From Ignavibacteriales bacterium (GTDB taxonomy: Bacteria > Bacillota > Sulfobacillia > JABLXB01), in the NCBI GenBank assembly GCA_050260105.1, contig JBLNBR010000013.1:50129-114128 (forward strand): a DNA stretch of 64,000 nucleotides, in the 5' to 3' direction. The number at the start of each line of letters is the position of its first letter. Within the stretch, counting starts at the first letter, position 1. A model generated the notes under the pieces. The model had not been told where the DNA came from and did no database searches. It saw only the letters and a program-made list of their open reading frames with translations. Of this stretch, positions 48,928 through 62,766 are shown one piece after another. The translations under genes were made by a program, and so were the position numbers.

Positions 48928-50520
48928 CTAGAGGGACTGACCGGTTACGTCCCGCCGGATTCCCGGTTTCGGCATGTAGCCTTCACTCTGCAGTGCTTCG
49001 AGCGCCTCCGAGTATTTCGACCGGTCCACTATGAGATGCCTCGGCCCTATCTCGCCAAGAACGAATGGCTGCATCCTCTTCGACGCCTTGATCTGGTTCG
49101 CCAATTCCTCCGTATCGCAATGCAGGACCAGGGCATCTACGAACTCGACCCTCCCGTAACCCTTCGACCATTCCTCTATGGAATAGGACACGTTCTGCGG
49201 TATATCGTTCTTGCTGTGCCGCCTCAGGAACGCCATTATGGACTGGGAGCTCATGCCCGATGAGAGCGCGCGATACGTGGACTGGCGCGTGATCTTGTAG
49301 ATGAGCATCTGATCGGGCTTGACCAGGTCGGCGAGTTGCTCGACCTTCCAGAGTATCGAAGGCTCGATGTTCGCGGGGACCAGCATCTCGAACGTCCCCT
49401 GCAGGAAGAACGAGTCCTCGAGCGGGACATCGTTGAACGCCTCCTCAGGGGAGGAAACCGGCCTGCCCGTGACCAGTGAGGCGAGTACCCGCCCCGGTGC
49501 GGTGAGCCTCAGGGCCGGACCGGCAGCGGTATCGATTCTCGCAAGCACCCCTGCGTAGGAGAGCATCCTGATCGCTTTCCAGAGTCTAGTCTCGAGGCCG
49601 TGCCAGGAATGTTCCAGGCTCAGGTATTCCATCTCCTCCAGGAGCGAGTTGAAGGAGACCCACCGGCCTTCAGGGACGTGGTCCATGATGGCGAGCATCG
49701 TCTGGACGTCCGGATCCGGCTGCACCCACTCTTCGAAGAGGGAGGAGAACACGTCCATCGCCTTCGAGGGCGCGGGCACGACCACCCACTCCTCGACCTT
49801 GGGTGACACCTGTATCTCGCGCTGTTCGGTTTCGGTTACCAGCCCGTGCCTCTTGCAGTAATTGATGATGAACGCGAGGTGCAGCGGGTGCACTGCCTGG
49901 AACGACTCGGCCTCGTCCGGCAGTTCGTCGGGCAGGCCGAGGGACGAGATGATGTCCCTCTGGGATCTCCTGTAGATCGTCCCGCCCTGGGCCATCTTGA
50001 CCTGGTTCTTCTTCAGATACGAAAGGAACAGGTGGATATGCCTCGTCGGCACGATGGGTTCGGGGTCCGTCCCCCTCACGGTGACGTCCTGCGCGACAAT
50101 GTGGTTGAGAATCGAGGGCATGAGCACGCGGACCACCGGGGCGCGCAAATCACCGGGTATGAAGTATATCTGCCTGTAATTCTCCCGCCCGGTGTATACG
50201 AGTCCCGCCCTGACCAGCGTGTCCAGGACCTTTGCGCCGTTTCTCCGCCACTTCCTCGTCAGCTCGTTGAGTTTCTGATGACACTTCTCGACAACGATGC
50301 CCCTGCCCCCACCACAGAGGGCCACCATCTTCAGGGCCGTGAGCTCCTCCTCAGTCAAGGAAGACACGACGTGCGAGAGGTAGGTGACCTCCTTGATGCG
50401 GCCGGGAAGCCACCCCAGCAGATCCTGTGGTACGGACCTGCCCTCGAAACCGAAATCCCTGGCGATCCTCAACACGTGATTCGGAGGCAGGCGCCTCAGG
50501 CATTCAGTCAGATCCATCAT
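48928..50520 (-). CDS. XPB-associated conserved protein (helicase-associated partner of bacterial XPB/ERCC3 homologs)
   Basis: 530-aa ORF immediately downstream of, and overlapping (ATGA), the XPB helicase gene. No catalytic motif recognised by eye. The arrangement parallels the partner genes found beside bacterial and archaeal XPB. Confidence 0.55.
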   Translation of the reverse strand: MMDLTECLRRLPPNHVLRIARDFGFEGRSVPQDLLGWLPGRIKEVTYLSHVVSSLTEEELTALKMVALCGGGRGIVVEKCHQKLNELTRKWRRNGAKVLDTLVRAGLVYTGRENYRQIYFIPGDLRAPVVRVLMPSILNHIVAQDVTVRGTDPEPIVPTRHIHLFLSYLKKNQVKMAQGGTIYRRSQRDIISSLGLPDELPDEAESFQAVHPLHLAFIINYCKRHGLVTETEQREIQVSPKVEEWVVVPAPSKAMDVFSSLFEEWVQPDPDVQTMLAIMDHVPEGRWVSFNSLLEEMEYLSLEHSWHGLETRLWKAIRMLSYAGVLARIDTAAGPALRLTAPGRVLASLVTGRPVSSPEEAFNDVPLEDSFFLQGTFEMLVPANIEPSILWKVEQLADLVKPDQMLIYKITRQSTYRALSSGMSSQSIMAFLRRHSKNDIPQNVSYSIEEWSKGYGRVEFVDALVLHCDTEELANQIKASKRMQPFVLGEIGPRHLIVDRSKYSEALEALQSEGYMPKPGIRRDVTGQSL

Positions 50521-52220
50521 GCCTGCGCCTCCTTCAGTTCCGCGGGCAGCTCGCTCTCGTTCAGGATCGTGTACTGGTAACCCTGTTCGGTGAGGAACAA
50601 CTGCCTGTTCTGGGCGAATTCCTGGTCCTTCGTGTCCCTCGTCACGAGTGAGTACAGTCTGGCCTTTGCCCCGTTCTTCTTGGGCCGCAGGATCCGCCCG
50701 AGCCTCTGGGCCTCCTCCTGCCTGGAACCGAACGTTCCCGAAACCTGTATCGCGACGCTGGCGTCCGGCAGATCGATGGCGAAGTTCGCCACCTTTGATA
50801 CCACGAGCAGCCGGATCCTGCCGCTCTTGAACTCGTCATACAGTCTCCGTCTCTGTGAGTTGGGCACCTGGCCCGTTATCAGCGGCGCTCCTGTCAAACG
50901 CGCGATCTCGTGGAGCTGATCGAGGTACTGCCCGATCACGAGCACCTGGTCCCCCTGGTGGGCCTTGAGCAGATCCATCACAATACCCAGTTTGCGCGGG
51001 TTTTCCGACGCTACGCGACTCTTGTTCTTCTCCTCGGCGATCGCGTACTCCAGTCTCCTGTCCGAATCCATCTCGATGCGTATCTCATAGCAGGAGGCGG
51101 TGGCAATCCAGCCGTCCTTCTCCAGGTCCTTCCAGGGGACGTCGAAGCGCTTGGGCCCGATGAGGCTGAATACCTCATGCTCCCGCCCGTCCTCCCTGAC
51201 TAGCGTCGCCGTCAATCCGAGGCGGCGGCGCGCCTGCAGCTCAGCTGTGATGCGGAACACGGGCGCTGGCAGAAGGTGAACCTCATCATAAATGATGAGG
51301 CCCCAATTGCGCTGAGAGAACAGCGAAAAGTGGGGGTACTCCTGTCCCCTGTTTTTCGAATGGGTAAGTACCTGGTAGGTGCTCACGGTGACCGGCCTTA
51401 TCTCTTTTCTCTCGCCCGTGTATTCCCCTATGTCGTTCTCGTCGAGCGTGGACTTGTCGAGCAGCTCGTCTATCCATTGCCGGACCGCCACGACGTTGGT
51501 GGAAAGAATGAGAGTCTGTTCCCTGAGTTGGGACATCACGCCCATACCGACAATGGTCTTCCCGGCGCCGCAGGGGAGCACGATCACCCCGTTGCCCCCG
51601 TTTTCGGACCCGTTCGCGTAGAACCTGTTCACTGCCGCTTCCTGGTATCGCCTGAGGCGGAAGACGCCGCCCGACCTGCATACAGGCCTGAGCGAGATGT
51701 CGAGGGGCTCTCCGACCACGTACCCGGCCAGATCCTCGACGGGGTAGCCTATCCTTGTGAGCGCTTGTTTGATTCTGCCGCGGCAGTCGGGCCGCACCAT
51801 GATGGTCCGCCGGTCGAGCGGGCTGGAGATGAACGGCTTGATCGATGGATGGTGGAGAGCGTGGGCGATCGCCGTCTCATCGTCGGAAACGAGGCAAAGC
51901 CCGTCGCCCGCGGACAGGAGCTTCAGCCGGCCGTACCTGCTGACGTATTCCTCGATTTCGCGCCGGACGTTCTGAGGGACGGGGTACCTCGATAGAGAAT
52001 CCAGCGTGTCGAGTATCTCTGGCGCGGATGCCCCGCTCGCGGCGGCGTTCCAGAGCGAAATGGGGGTTATCCTGTATGTATGTACGTGTTCCGGACTCTT
52101 CTCAAGGTCCGCGAACCTCAGGAGCAGATCCCTCGCCCTTTCGTACGAGGGATTGGCGACTTCTACGAGGATTGTCATGTCACTTTGGACTATGATTGGC
52201 TGTGTGCTGGGCCGATTCAT
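50517..52220 (-). CDS. XPB/ERCC3 (Rad25) family SF2 DNA repair helicase
   Basis: N-terminal damage-recognition-like domain, Walker A VLPCGAGKT, DEAH box IIYDEVHLL, motif VI QRLGRILR, and a short C-terminal ThM-like end. Confidence 0.85.
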   Translation of the reverse strand: MNRPSTQPIIVQSDMTILVEVANPSYERARDLLLRFADLEKSPEHVHTYRITPISLWNAAASGASAPEILDTLDSLSRYPVPQNVRREIEEYVSRYGRLKLLSAGDGLCLVSDDETAIAHALHHPSIKPFISSPLDRRTIMVRPDCRGRIKQALTRIGYPVEDLAGYVVGEPLDISLRPVCRSGGVFRLRRYQEAAVNRFYANGSENGGNGVIVLPCGAGKTIVGMGVMSQLREQTLILSTNVVAVRQWIDELLDKSTLDENDIGEYTGERKEIRPVTVSTYQVLTHSKNRGQEYPHFSLFSQRNWGLIIYDEVHLLPAPVFRITAELQARRRLGLTATLVREDGREHEVFSLIGPKRFDVPWKDLEKDGWIATASCYEIRIEMDSDRRLEYAIAEEKNKSRVASENPRKLGIVMDLLKAHQGDQVLVIGQYLDQLHEIARLTGAPLITGQVPNSQRRRLYDEFKSGRIRLLVVSKVANFAIDLPDASVAIQVSGTFGSRQEEAQRLGRILRPKKNGAKARLYSLVTRDTKDQEFAQNRQLFLTEQGYQYTILNESELPAELKEAQA

Positions 52221-52428
52221 ACTTGAACGTCGCGTTCTCCTTTCTGTGCCAGGGAGAATACTAAAACGGATTCTGAATTACATTACCTTCTACAGATGCC
52301 CTACTTTCCCTTCCTAAAGTGATCGTTTTGCGATATGGGAGTCTCCTCCCCTCACCGCACTCCCTCCGCGTCAAGCGGGGACGACCTTGTGGTATAATCA
52401 CCCTGTAGGAAGTGGGAAAGGAGTCCAC

Positions 52429-56437
<4,009 letters not shown>

Positions 56438-56462
56438 TTCGCACGCCGGCGGGGGTGGGATC

Positions 56463-56753
56463 TTGGCGATTTCGAGGGAAGAAGTGCTGCACGTTGCGAG
56501 GCTCGCAAGGCTCGAGCTGAGCGAGAAAGAGGTTGAGGGCTACACCAGGCAGCTGTCACGGATCCTGGAGTATATCAACAAGCTCAAGGCACTGCCCACG
56601 GAAGGTGTGCCGGCGACATCCCATGTCCTCGGTCTCGAGAACGTAGTCAGGAAGGACGAGGCGAGGCAGGGGCTTTCCCAGGAGGATGCGCTCTCCAACG
56701 CCCCGGATGCTGCGGGGGGACTGTTCAAGGTCCCGAAGATCAAGGAATCCTGA
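56463..56753 (+). CDS. gatC: Glu-tRNA(Gln) amidotransferase subunit C
   Basis: 96 aa, [38 protein letters not shown], typical GatC. Confidence 0.85.
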   Translation: MAISREEVLHVARLARLELSEKEVEGYTRQLSRILEYINKLKALPTEGVPATSHVLGLENVVRKDEARQGLSQEDALSNAPDAAGGLFKVPKIKES

Positions 56754-56784
56754 GGGGGTACCCGCTTTGGACCGTTTTCACGAA

Positions 56785-58251
56785 ATGAGCCTGAACGAAC
56801 TGGCCTCGGCCATACGCCAGGGCAAGGCCTCCGTGCGAGAGGTCACGACTCACTTCCTGGACAGAATAGGCCGGCTCGACGGCAGACTGAGATCGTTCAT
56901 CCGGGTGACAACCGAGGAATCCACCGGAACCGCCGGGAGACTCGACACGGATCTACGTGAGATGGGCCGGAGCGACCCAACCCGGATAGGGCCGCTCTTC
57001 GGGATCCCCTACGCCCTGAAAGACAACATCTGCACCAGGGGAGTGCCCACCACCTGCGCGTCCAGGATACTGGAGCAGTTCGTGCCGCCCTACGACGCGA
57101 CTGTGACGGCGAAGCTTCGTGATGCCGGTCTTGTGCTGCTTGGCAAGACCAATATGGATGAATTCGCGATGGGGTCGTCTTGCGAGAACTCGGCGTTCTT
57201 CCCCACGAGGAACCCGTGGGACCTCGACATGGTCCCGGGCGGGTCGAGTGGTGGTTCCGCCGCGGCCGTGGCCGCGGGGCTGGTTCCCTTCGCGCTCGGG
57301 TCGGACACCGGCGGCTCGGTGAGGCAGCCCGCAGCCCTGTGCGGCGTTGTGGGCCTGAAACCCACGTACGGCGCTGTGTCCCGATATGGCCTGGTCGCGT
57401 TCGCTTCATCCCTCGACCAGATCGGCCCCCTGACCAGGAACGTCGAGGATTGCGCGGCGGTCATGAACATCATCGGCGGGCACGACCCGTTCGATTCCAC
57501 TTCTGCGCCCGTACCGGCAGGGGACTACTCCCGGAAGATCGGCATGGACATCCGGGGACTCCGCGTGGGTGTGCCGAAGGAGTACATGGGGGAAGGGGCC
57601 GAGCCAGGGGTCAAGAAGGCCATCAATGATGGTCTCAAGGTGCTGGAGCGCCTGGGGGCCATTGTTGAGGAATGTTCCCTGCCTCGCACCGAATACGCAC
57701 TGTCCACCTACTACATAATCGCCTCCGCCGAAGCGTCCTCGAACCTCGCCAGGTTCGACGGAGTGAAGTACGGGCTCCGCGTGGGCGCCGCCGAGCTGGT
57801 CGACATGTATGAGAGGACGCGGAGCCGCGGCTTCGGCCCCGAGGTGAAAAGGCGAATCATGTTGGGAACCTACGCCCTGAGCAGCGGGTACTACGACGCG
57901 TATTATCTCAAGGCACAGAGAGCCAGGACGCTGGTGAAGGAGGATTTCGACAGGGCGTTCGAAACGTACGATGTCCTGGTCGGGCCCACGTCGCCCACCG
58001 TGGCGTTCCCCCTCGGCTCGAAAATGGACGACCCCGTACTCATGTACCTTGCGGACGTGTTCTCACTCCCCGTCAATCTTGCGGGGGTGCCGGCCGTATC
58101 GATTCCTTGCGGCCTGAGCAAGGGTCTGCCTGTCGGCATGCAATTGACCGGCAGACCGTTTGACGAGGCCACGCTGTTGATGGTTGCCTACGCGTACGAA
58201 CAGGCGTCCGGGGCCGGCCGCTTCAGGTCGAAGATGCTTGGGGAGGAGTGA
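56785..58251 (+). CDS. gatA: Glu-tRNA(Gln) amidotransferase subunit A
   Basis: Amidase signature [15 protein letters not shown]. The ATG at [13 protein letters not shown] aligns with the canonical GatA N-terminus. The ORF extends upstream (TTG at 56767 is an alternative start). Confidence 0.85.
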   Translation: MSLNELASAIRQGKASVREVTTHFLDRIGRLDGRLRSFIRVTTEESTGTAGRLDTDLREMGRSDPTRIGPLFGIPYALKDNICTRGVPTTCASRILEQFVPPYDATVTAKLRDAGLVLLGKTNMDEFAMGSSCENSAFFPTRNPWDLDMVPGGSSGGSAAAVAAGLVPFALGSDTGGSVRQPAALCGVVGLKPTYGAVSRYGLVAFASSLDQIGPLTRNVEDCAAVMNIIGGHDPFDSTSAPVPAGDYSRKIGMDIRGLRVGVPKEYMGEGAEPGVKKAINDGLKVLERLGAIVEECSLPRTEYALSTYYIIASAEASSNLARFDGVKYGLRVGAAELVDMYERTRSRGFGPEVKRRIMLGTYALSSGYYDAYYLKAQRARTLVKEDFDRAFETYDVLVGPTSPTVAFPLGSKMDDPVLMYLADVFSLPVNLAGVPAVSIPCGLSKGLPVGMQLTGRPFDEATLLMVAYAYEQASGAGRFRSKMLGEE

Positions 58252-58258
58252 GAACACG

Positions 58259-59725
58259 ATGCCTGAATCAGCAAGCCCTGCATTCGAGCCGGTAATCGGC
58301 CTGGAGGTCCACGTGGAATTGAACACCAGGAGCAAGATGTTCTGCTCCTGCCCCACGACGTTTGGGGCGGCACCGAATTCACAGGTATGCCCGGTTTGTC
58401 TTGGTATGCCGGGATCGTTGCCCGTTCTCAACGAGGAAGTCGTCGAACTGGCTGTCAAGGCGGCCCTGGCGTTGAATTGCCGGATCGAGCCGTTCAGCCA
58501 GTTCCACCGGAAGAACTACTTCTACCCGGACCTGCCCAAGGCGTACCAGATTTCGCAGTATGACTACCCGCTCGCCACTCACGGGTACGTGGAAATCGAG
58601 GTGGACGGCGGCAAGAAGAGGATCGGGATAAAGCGCCTCCACATGGAGGATGATGCGGGCAAACTCCTGCACGAAGGGGCCATCGACCTCGCCGCGTCGT
58701 CACTGGTGGACTACAACAGGTGCGGGGTTCCCCTGATCGAGATCGTTTCCGAACCCGACATAGCATCACCCGAGGAGGCCAGGGATTACCTGCTCGCGCT
58801 GAAGAGCATCCTGCAGTACACGGGCGTTTCCGACTGCAAGATGGAGGAAGGGTCCCTCCGGGTTGATGCGAACGTCTCCGTCAGGCCGGCCGGCTCGAAG
58901 GCGTTCGGGACGCGCACCGAGCTGAAGAACATCGGCTCATTCAAGGCCGTCGCGCGGGGCCTCCAATACGAAATCGAGCGGCAGATCGAGGTCATTCGCC
59001 AGGGCGGGCAGGTCGTCCAGGAAACCAGGCATTGGGATGAACCGCGGGGAATGACGGTGTCGCTCAGGGGCAAGGAAGAGGCGCAGGACTACAGGTATTT
59101 CCCTGACCCCGACCTCGTGCCGCTCCGGCCGAAGGCCAAGTGGGTGGAGGCGGTACGGCGGACGCTCCCTGAACTGCCGGAAGCGAGGAAACGCAGGTTT
59201 ATTGCGGAGTACGGCATTCCGGAGTACGATGCGGGTGTCTTGACCGCGTCCCCGAAGATGGCGGATTTCTACGAGCAGTGCGTGGCCCTCTACGGCCCCG
59301 GTGAGGGTCGCCCCAAGACGGTATCCAACTGGGTCATGGGCGAACTGGCGCGGTACCTGAACGCGAACGGCCTGGATATCGAGGAGGCGCGTGTTACCCC
59401 CCGCCACATCGTCGAGATCATCAATCTCATAGACGCCGGTTCCATCAGCGGCAAGATCGCGAAGTCCATGTTCGATGAGATGTGCGACAGCGGACAACTG
59501 CCCGGTGAACTCGTGAAGCGGAAGGGCCTTGTCCAGATATCCGACGAGACGGAAATCGTCTCGCTGGTCCGCAAGGCCGTCGAGGAGAACCCCAAGGTAG
59601 TGCAGGATTACCGGGCCGGCAAGACCGCCGCCCTAGGGTTCTTCGTGGGCCAGGTGATGAAGGCCACGAAGGGCAAGGCGAACCCCGCCCTCGTGAACAA
59701 GGTGCTGAAAGACCTACTCGGCTGA
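58259..59725 (+). CDS. gatB: Glu-tRNA(Gln) amidotransferase subunit B
   Basis: ATG at [23 protein letters not shown] with a GGGGAGGAG RBS. Full GatB similarity including the C-terminal YqeY-like domain. Confidence 0.9.
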   Translation: MPESASPAFEPVIGLEVHVELNTRSKMFCSCPTTFGAAPNSQVCPVCLGMPGSLPVLNEEVVELAVKAALALNCRIEPFSQFHRKNYFYPDLPKAYQISQYDYPLATHGYVEIEVDGGKKRIGIKRLHMEDDAGKLLHEGAIDLAASSLVDYNRCGVPLIEIVSEPDIASPEEARDYLLALKSILQYTGVSDCKMEEGSLRVDANVSVRPAGSKAFGTRTELKNIGSFKAVARGLQYEIERQIEVIRQGGQVVQETRHWDEPRGMTVSLRGKEEAQDYRYFPDPDLVPLRPKAKWVEAVRRTLPELPEARKRRFIAEYGIPEYDAGVLTASPKMADFYEQCVALYGPGEGRPKTVSNWVMGELARYLNANGLDIEEARVTPRHIVEIINLIDAGSISGKIAKSMFDEMCDSGQLPGELVKRKGLVQISDETEIVSLVRKAVEENPKVVQDYRAGKTAALGFFVGQVMKATKGKANPALVNKVLKDLLG

Positions 59726-59733
59726 CGTTTCCG

Positions 59734-59762
59734 TTGACTGTAGTGCTGTTGAGTGCTATAGT
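59734..59762 (+). promoter_or_regulatory. Sigma-A type promoter driving the long leader of the ferredoxin-AOR operon
   Basis: TTGACT, 17-nt spacer, TATAGT, beginning 9 nt after the gatB stop. Confidence 0.55.
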
Positions 59763-59769
59763 CGAGTAA

Positions 59770-60111
59770 AACCATGTTGGGCGATGACAGGGAATAGTAC
59801 GTGCGAAGGCGGGGATTCAGCGAGCCGGAATAGTGTGAGCCGGCGCCTGCGCGCATACGGAATGGGCCCTGGAGCCGCGGCACGAAAGGGCGACCCGCCC
59901 CGTAGGCGCCGCCGGGACTCCCGCCGTTAAAGGGGAGACGGTATCAGGATGGGTCCGCGAGCCGGTAGCGACGGCCGGCCTGTCCAGTACCATCAGAGAC
60001 CGGCAAGGGCCGAAAGGCCGTTCCGGAGTAGGGTGGCACCACGAGCGGAGACGCCCGTCCCTTTCAGGGGCGGGTGTTCTTGTCATTTCTGGGCGTCAGG
60101 AGGGAATCGGA
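59770..60111 (+). promoter_or_regulatory. About 340-nt highly structured 5' leader with terminator/anti-terminator potential (candidate riboswitch; Moco/Wco class suspected but unverified)
   Basis: No credible ORF. Multiple GNRA hairpins (GGCC-GAAA-GGCC at about 60007-60020; GCACGAAAGGGC) and long GC-rich helices. Ends in an attenuator hairpin CCCGUCCC-UUUCA-GGGGCGGG plus a U-rich tract (60054-60090) immediately before the AGGAGGG RBS of the downstream gene. Confidence 0.45.
60054..60090 (+). terminator. Leader attenuator (intrinsic terminator) upstream of the ferredoxin-AOR operon
   Basis: 8-bp GC stem with one G-U pair, loop UUUCA, followed by UGUUCUUGUCAUUUCU. Confidence 0.5.
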
Positions 60112-60834
60112 GTGTACGACCTGAGAGTCGTAGTTGATAGTGTCCGGGGTTCTTGCGGAATGCCCATGAAAGTAGGGGACTATTTCGAAGTGAGGGGCGG
60201 CCGCATCTCGATCCCCGAAGGTAAACACGTGTGCCTGTGGGCGCTGCAAAGCCTGATGCCGTTACTTCCCGCAAAGCAGAGAGACCTGGGCGACCCGGGG
60301 GACTGGCTGCCCGCTGTGCGGTACGTTTCCTGTCCAGATCCGCACGGAATGGTCATCTACCGGATAGACAGGATACCTCCGTCCGGCGCGCCGGCCCACG
60401 CTTCCACGCGGCTGAGGGTTGACGCCTCGTCCTGCTCCGGGTGCCGCTCGTGCGAACTCGCGTGCTCGTTCTGGCGCAGCGGTGCTTTTGACCCCTCCGT
60501 CTCCCGGATCCGGGTACAGAAGGACGAACGGCAGGGGTCGGATATCCCGAGGGTATGCAGGCAGTGCAATAAGCCTTCGTGCGCGGGGGCCTGCGCGGAG
60601 GGTGCTCTCAGACAAGACCCCGTCACGCGCGCCATAACGGTATCCCCCGAGAGGTGTACGGGGTGTGGCAAGTGCGCTGACGCGTGCCCGTTCGGGGCCG
60701 TCTTCTTTCATCCCGTCACCCGGAAACCGCTCATCTGCGACCTGTGCGGGGGAGAGCCGCAGTGCATAGAGCGGTGTGCGACAGGGGCGCTCTCGGCATC
60801 GACGCGCACGCTGAGGGGAGGCGATCTCTCGTGA
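60112..60834 (+). CDS. Ferredoxin-domain protein: conserved N-terminal domain of unknown function plus a 2x[4Fe-4S] domain
   Basis: GTG start after AGGAGGG. C-terminal Cys clusters CSGCRSCELAC, CRQCNKPSCAGAC, CTGCGKCADAC and CDLCGG..C. Likely the electron carrier for the downstream AOR. Confidence 0.7.
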   Translation: MYDLRVVVDSVRGSCGMPMKVGDYFEVRGGRISIPEGKHVCLWALQSLMPLLPAKQRDLGDPGDWLPAVRYVSCPDPHGMVIYRIDRIPPSGAPAHASTRLRVDASSCSGCRSCELACSFWRSGAFDPSVSRIRVQKDERQGSDIPRVCRQCNKPSCAGACAEGALRQDPVTRAITVSPERCTGCGKCADACPFGAVFFHPVTRKPLICDLCGGEPQCIERCATGALSASTRTLRGGDLS

Positions 60835-62723
60835 CCGGATACGCGGGCAGTATTCTTCGCATAGACCTGGAACGGAAGTCCTGGAAGGTTGAACGGCTGG
60901 ACCGCGAAATGGCCTTCGGCTACATCGGGGGGCGGGGGTTCAACGCTTGCAGGATGTTTGACGAGATACCCCGGGGAATCGACCCGTTATCGCCGGACAA
61001 CAAGCTGTTTCTGGCCACTGGTCCCCTTGCGGGGACGCTCATCCCCGGCTCCAGGTTCAACGCGAGCGCCAAGTCGCCGCAGACGGGCATCCTCGGGGAC
61101 TCAAACGCCGGAGGGTTTTTCGGGCCGGAGATGAAATTCGCCGGCTATGATCAGATAATCATCGAGGGCAGGTGCAGCGAATTATCCTACCTGGTCATAA
61201 CCCCTGACGGAGCACAGGTGAGGCCGGCCGCGCACCTTGCCGGCCTTGACGTATGGGAGACTCACGATTCCATCAGGCGGGAGCTCGGCGACCCCAGGGT
61301 TCAGGTGGCGTGCGCCGGCCCAGCGGCGGAAGCGGGAGTGAGGTTCTCCGGTATATTCACGAACCTTGCGAGACCGGCTGCCCGCACAGGCATGGGACTC
61401 GTCATGGCGTCGAAGAACCTGAAGGCCGTGGCGGTGAGGGGCACGAGACCCATTCTGGTGTCGGATCGTGAGGCGTTTCTTGACGTCCTGCGCGAAATCG
61501 ACAAGGCCATCTACTCGCACGAGCAGTACGCCCCGAGATGCGCGATGGGCACTACCAGGCTTCTTTCAGGGCTTAACCAGCTCGGGTGCCTCGCTACCAG
61601 GCACTTTAGAACCGGGCGGTTTGAGATGGGCGACGAGGTGAGTGGGGAGCGCCTCGCCGAGACGTGGAGGACGAAGGGCAAGGCGTGCTTCGCCTGCACG
61701 ATCCCGTGCAGCCGGTTCTTTGAAGTCAAGGACGGCCCCTTCGCGGGGCTCCGTAGTGAAGGCCCGGAATTTGAGGGCCTTGCGGGGTTCTCATCGAGGG
61801 TGGGCAACGGAGACCTCGGCGTGACCCTCAAGGCGATCGACCTCTGCAACAAGTACGGGATGGACGTGATATCGGTCTCGGAGTGCATCTCGTTTACGAT
61901 GGAATGTGCTGAAGAGGGGATCATCTCGGAAAAAGAGGCCGACGGCCTCGACCTCCGGTGGGGCAATAGGGACACGATCCTGGGCCTTATCCAGAAGATC
62001 GCCCGGCGCGAGGGTTTTGGAGACACACTCGCGGACGGCGTCCGCCCGGCCGCCGCGAGGATCGGCAGGGGGAGCGAACGGCTTGCCATGCACGTAAAGG
62101 GGCTTGAAGTGTTCCAGGCCGACCCGCGCGGCCTCAAGGCATATGCCCTGGGCTTCGCGGTGTCCAGCAGGGGTGGTGACCATCTCCGGTCCGAGCCTTC
62201 TTTCGAGTTTTCGGAGGACAGGGAGGAGGCTATCCGCAGGTACGGTGTGCCGGAGGCGGCGTTCAGACTCGAGTACAAGGGGAAGGGACGCGTGGTGAAG
62301 CACTATGAGGAATGGAGCGCGCTCGCGGACTGCCTCGAGGTGTGCAAGAACACGGTGGTCAACATGGAGGTCATTCCCTTCGACCTGGCGGCGCGCCTTC
62401 TCAAAGCAGCTACGGGGCTGGAATTCGACGCTGGCGACGTGCAGAGGGCCTGCGAAAGGGTCCTAAACCTCGAGAAATGCTTCAACGTCAGGGAGGGACT
62501 GACCCGGGCCGACGACACACTCCCCGCGAGGTTTCTGACCGAACCCCTTGGCCCGGAGTGCGGGCCGTCGTCGGGCAGTGTCGTGGAACTTGATCCGATG
62601 CTGGATGAGTACTACAAGTCAAGGGGATGGGACGTTCGCACGGGATTGCCGACGCAGAGGAAGCTCACCGGACTGGGGCTGGAACGCGCCGTCGCAGAAC
62701 TCAAGACGCGGCTCCCGGAGTGA
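60831..62723 (+). CDS. aor: Aldehyde:ferredoxin oxidoreductase family (tungsten-bispyranopterin enzyme)
   Basis: GTGA overlap start ([14 protein letters not shown]...). AOR N-terminal domain and cofactor-binding motifs, including the 4Fe-4S ligand Cys in the CFACTIPC loop. Confidence 0.85.
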   Translation: MTGYAGSILRIDLERKSWKVERLDREMAFGYIGGRGFNACRMFDEIPRGIDPLSPDNKLFLATGPLAGTLIPGSRFNASAKSPQTGILGDSNAGGFFGPEMKFAGYDQIIIEGRCSELSYLVITPDGAQVRPAAHLAGLDVWETHDSIRRELGDPRVQVACAGPAAEAGVRFSGIFTNLARPAARTGMGLVMASKNLKAVAVRGTRPILVSDREAFLDVLREIDKAIYSHEQYAPRCAMGTTRLLSGLNQLGCLATRHFRTGRFEMGDEVSGERLAETWRTKGKACFACTIPCSRFFEVKDGPFAGLRSEGPEFEGLAGFSSRVGNGDLGVTLKAIDLCNKYGMDVISVSECISFTMECAEEGIISEKEADGLDLRWGNRDTILGLIQKIARREGFGDTLADGVRPAAARIGRGSERLAMHVKGLEVFQADPRGLKAYALGFAVSSRGGDHLRSEPSFEFSEDREEAIRRYGVPEAAFRLEYKGKGRVVKHYEEWSALADCLEVCKNTVVNMEVIPFDLAARLLKAATGLEFDAGDVQRACERVLNLEKCFNVREGLTRADDTLPARFLTEPLGPECGPSSGSVVELDPMLDEYYKSRGWDVRTGLPTQRKLTGLGLERAVAELKTRLPE

Positions 62724-62732
62724 GACGGGAAC

Positions 62733-62766
62733 GGGGGCGGGCCACGATCCCGCCCCGTTTTCATTT
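62733..62766 (+). terminator. Intrinsic terminator of the AOR operon (also the apparent group II intron target site)
   Basis: GGGGGCGGG-ccacgatc-CCGCCCCG followed by TTTTCATTT. The intron's GTGCG starts directly after the T-tract. Confidence 0.65.

Noticed and set aside
59900-60030. Weak resemblance of part of the AOR leader to a cobalamin riboswitch B12-box (cAGAGACCGGCaagg versus AGCCAGGAGACCUGCC)
   Set aside because: Other obligatory cobalamin-riboswitch elements (GCCACUG, the GGUG..AAUCC core) are not found, and the downstream genes have no B12 connection.
59949-60137. 62-aa ORF within the leader region
   Set aside because: Arg/Pro-rich, no RBS, and it lies inside a region whose stem-loops are better explained as RNA structure.
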